Shown here: positions 16,673-17,446 of the stretch, one piece after another
Numbering within the stretch: the first letter of the stretch is position 1
Layout of the letters: the number at the start of each line of letters is the position of its first letter
Source of the DNA: Candidatus Caldarchaeales archaeon
GTDB lineage: Archaea; Thermoproteota; Nitrososphaeria_A; Caldarchaeales; Wolframiiraptoraceae
Assembly (NCBI GenBank): GCA_039630055.1
Contig: JBCNVN010000029.1
Coordinates: 1 to 17,446, forward strand
Reading direction: 5' to 3'
DNA length: 17,446 nt
Program-made: the position numbers and the translations under genes
Notes under the pieces: model-generated
Seen by the model: only the letters and a program-made list of their open reading frames with translations
The model's database searches: none
What the model was told of the DNA's origin: nothing

Positions 16673-17091
16673 TGATAGAGACCGACATCTTATATTCACT
16701 CGTTAAAAAAGAAGATTGGCTAAAACCTGTAGCAGAGAAAGTTATCAATATGATAGTTAGAGGAAAACTAGGTCAAGTCTACACTAGCAGAGAGGTAATT
16801 CACGAATTATATTACGTTTCTATAGAAGAGGGGGTGACTATCAATGAGTACATCCGACGCGCAGCAGCTTTAACATCGATATCAAACCTAATATTCTTAG
16901 AAACAACATATGAAATAGATCTCTTAGCTCTCACGCTCATGAAACAATACAAACTCGAATCAATATTCGATGCATATTATGCTGCGACCTGTTTAAACAT
17001 GGTAAAAGACCACACGATAATATCGACTTATGAACCATATGATAGGATCCCGGGAATAAATAGAATAGATCCGAGAGACTTAAAGTTCTAA
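16669..17091 (+). CDS. vapC: PIN-domain toxin VapC, module 7 (possibly inactivated)
   Basis: IETDIL, IHELYY, IFDAYYAAT, YDRIPGINRIDP; the usual IISTD reads IISTY. Confidence 0.88.
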   Translation: MMIETDILYSLVKKEDWLKPVAEKVINMIVRGKLGQVYTSREVIHELYYVSIEEGVTINEYIRRAAALTSISNLIFLETTYEIDLLALTLMKQYKLESIFDAYYAATCLNMVKDHTIISTYEPYDRIPGINRIDPRDLKF

Positions 17092-17339
17092 AGGTTGGTG
17101 GATAGGTAAAATAGTAAGATAGATATTGGAAGACTATGGAATCATAAATATATGCTCTCGTCATTTAATAAGACGATCAGTAAACACATAATTAAACCAG
17201 ACATTATATGGTGAGCTCTTAACAGTAGAGTAAGAGACCTCACTTTAAGCTTTGTGATTGATCGTGAATGATGTGAGCAGCTAGACCTCTCGATATAGTA
17301 TCAATCTCACACCATCGCAGAAGACTTGAGTAGATTAAA

Positions 17340-17351
17340 TCAATTGAGCCA
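17340..17351 (+). repeat. Degenerate TTAACYGAGCCA motif
   Basis: TCAATTGAGCCA, 10/12 match to the 13544 copy. Confidence 0.4.
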
Positions 17352-17446
17352 TTAAAGTATGTTTCTAAAGTTGTTGTGGAGAAAGCCCGCTCTCCAATCT
17401 CTCAGAGTTGTTAAGAAGAGTTCGGCTAACTTGAAACAGTCTATTC

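Noticed and set aside
6858-17164. ORFs 6858-7145, 7578-7841, 9784-10068, 11040-11252, 12249-12434, 12289-12513, 14055-14291, 15068-15286, 16390-16641, 16937-17164
   Set aside because: Overlap real genes or pseudogenes on the opposite strand; no protein-family features.
1-17446. CRISPR array, tRNA/rRNA, integron attC array, intact transposase or integrase
   Set aside because: No regularly spaced repeats, cloverleaf, recurring attC-like hairpins or recombinase motifs were found by eye.

Overview
AT-rich archaeal DNA: BRE/TATA-type promoters about 30 nt before start codons, a GGTGA Shine-Dalgarno, and proteins typical of thermophilic Thermoproteota-like archaea (the lineage is an inference). 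The window is a dense toxin-antitoxin (TA) island. It holds seven full-length, co-oriented (+) modules: three HEPN-MNT, one MntA-HepT and three AbrB-VapC. Between them lie decayed TA remnants (an RHH antitoxin, a DUF5615-like PIN, two vapC pseudogenes), a stranded Fe-alcohol dehydrogenase tail, and solitary cargo genes (YtcJ-like amidohydrolase, SAM methyltransferase, two exported proteins). Two candidates stand out as possibly undescribed: (i) an operon at 5735-6670 pairing an unknown 153-aa protein with a TNT/Ntox10/TreTu-like NAD-acting toxin domain interrupted by a stop at codon 8, and (ii) a PD-(D/E)xK-nuclease-like + GATase1-like (DUF1355) fusion at 9831-10961. A recurring intergenic motif TTAACYGAGCCA near module borders may be orphan IS ends or recombination scars. 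No rRNA, tRNA, CRISPR array, integrase or transposase was recognised. All family calls come from motif recognition by eye, not database searches.
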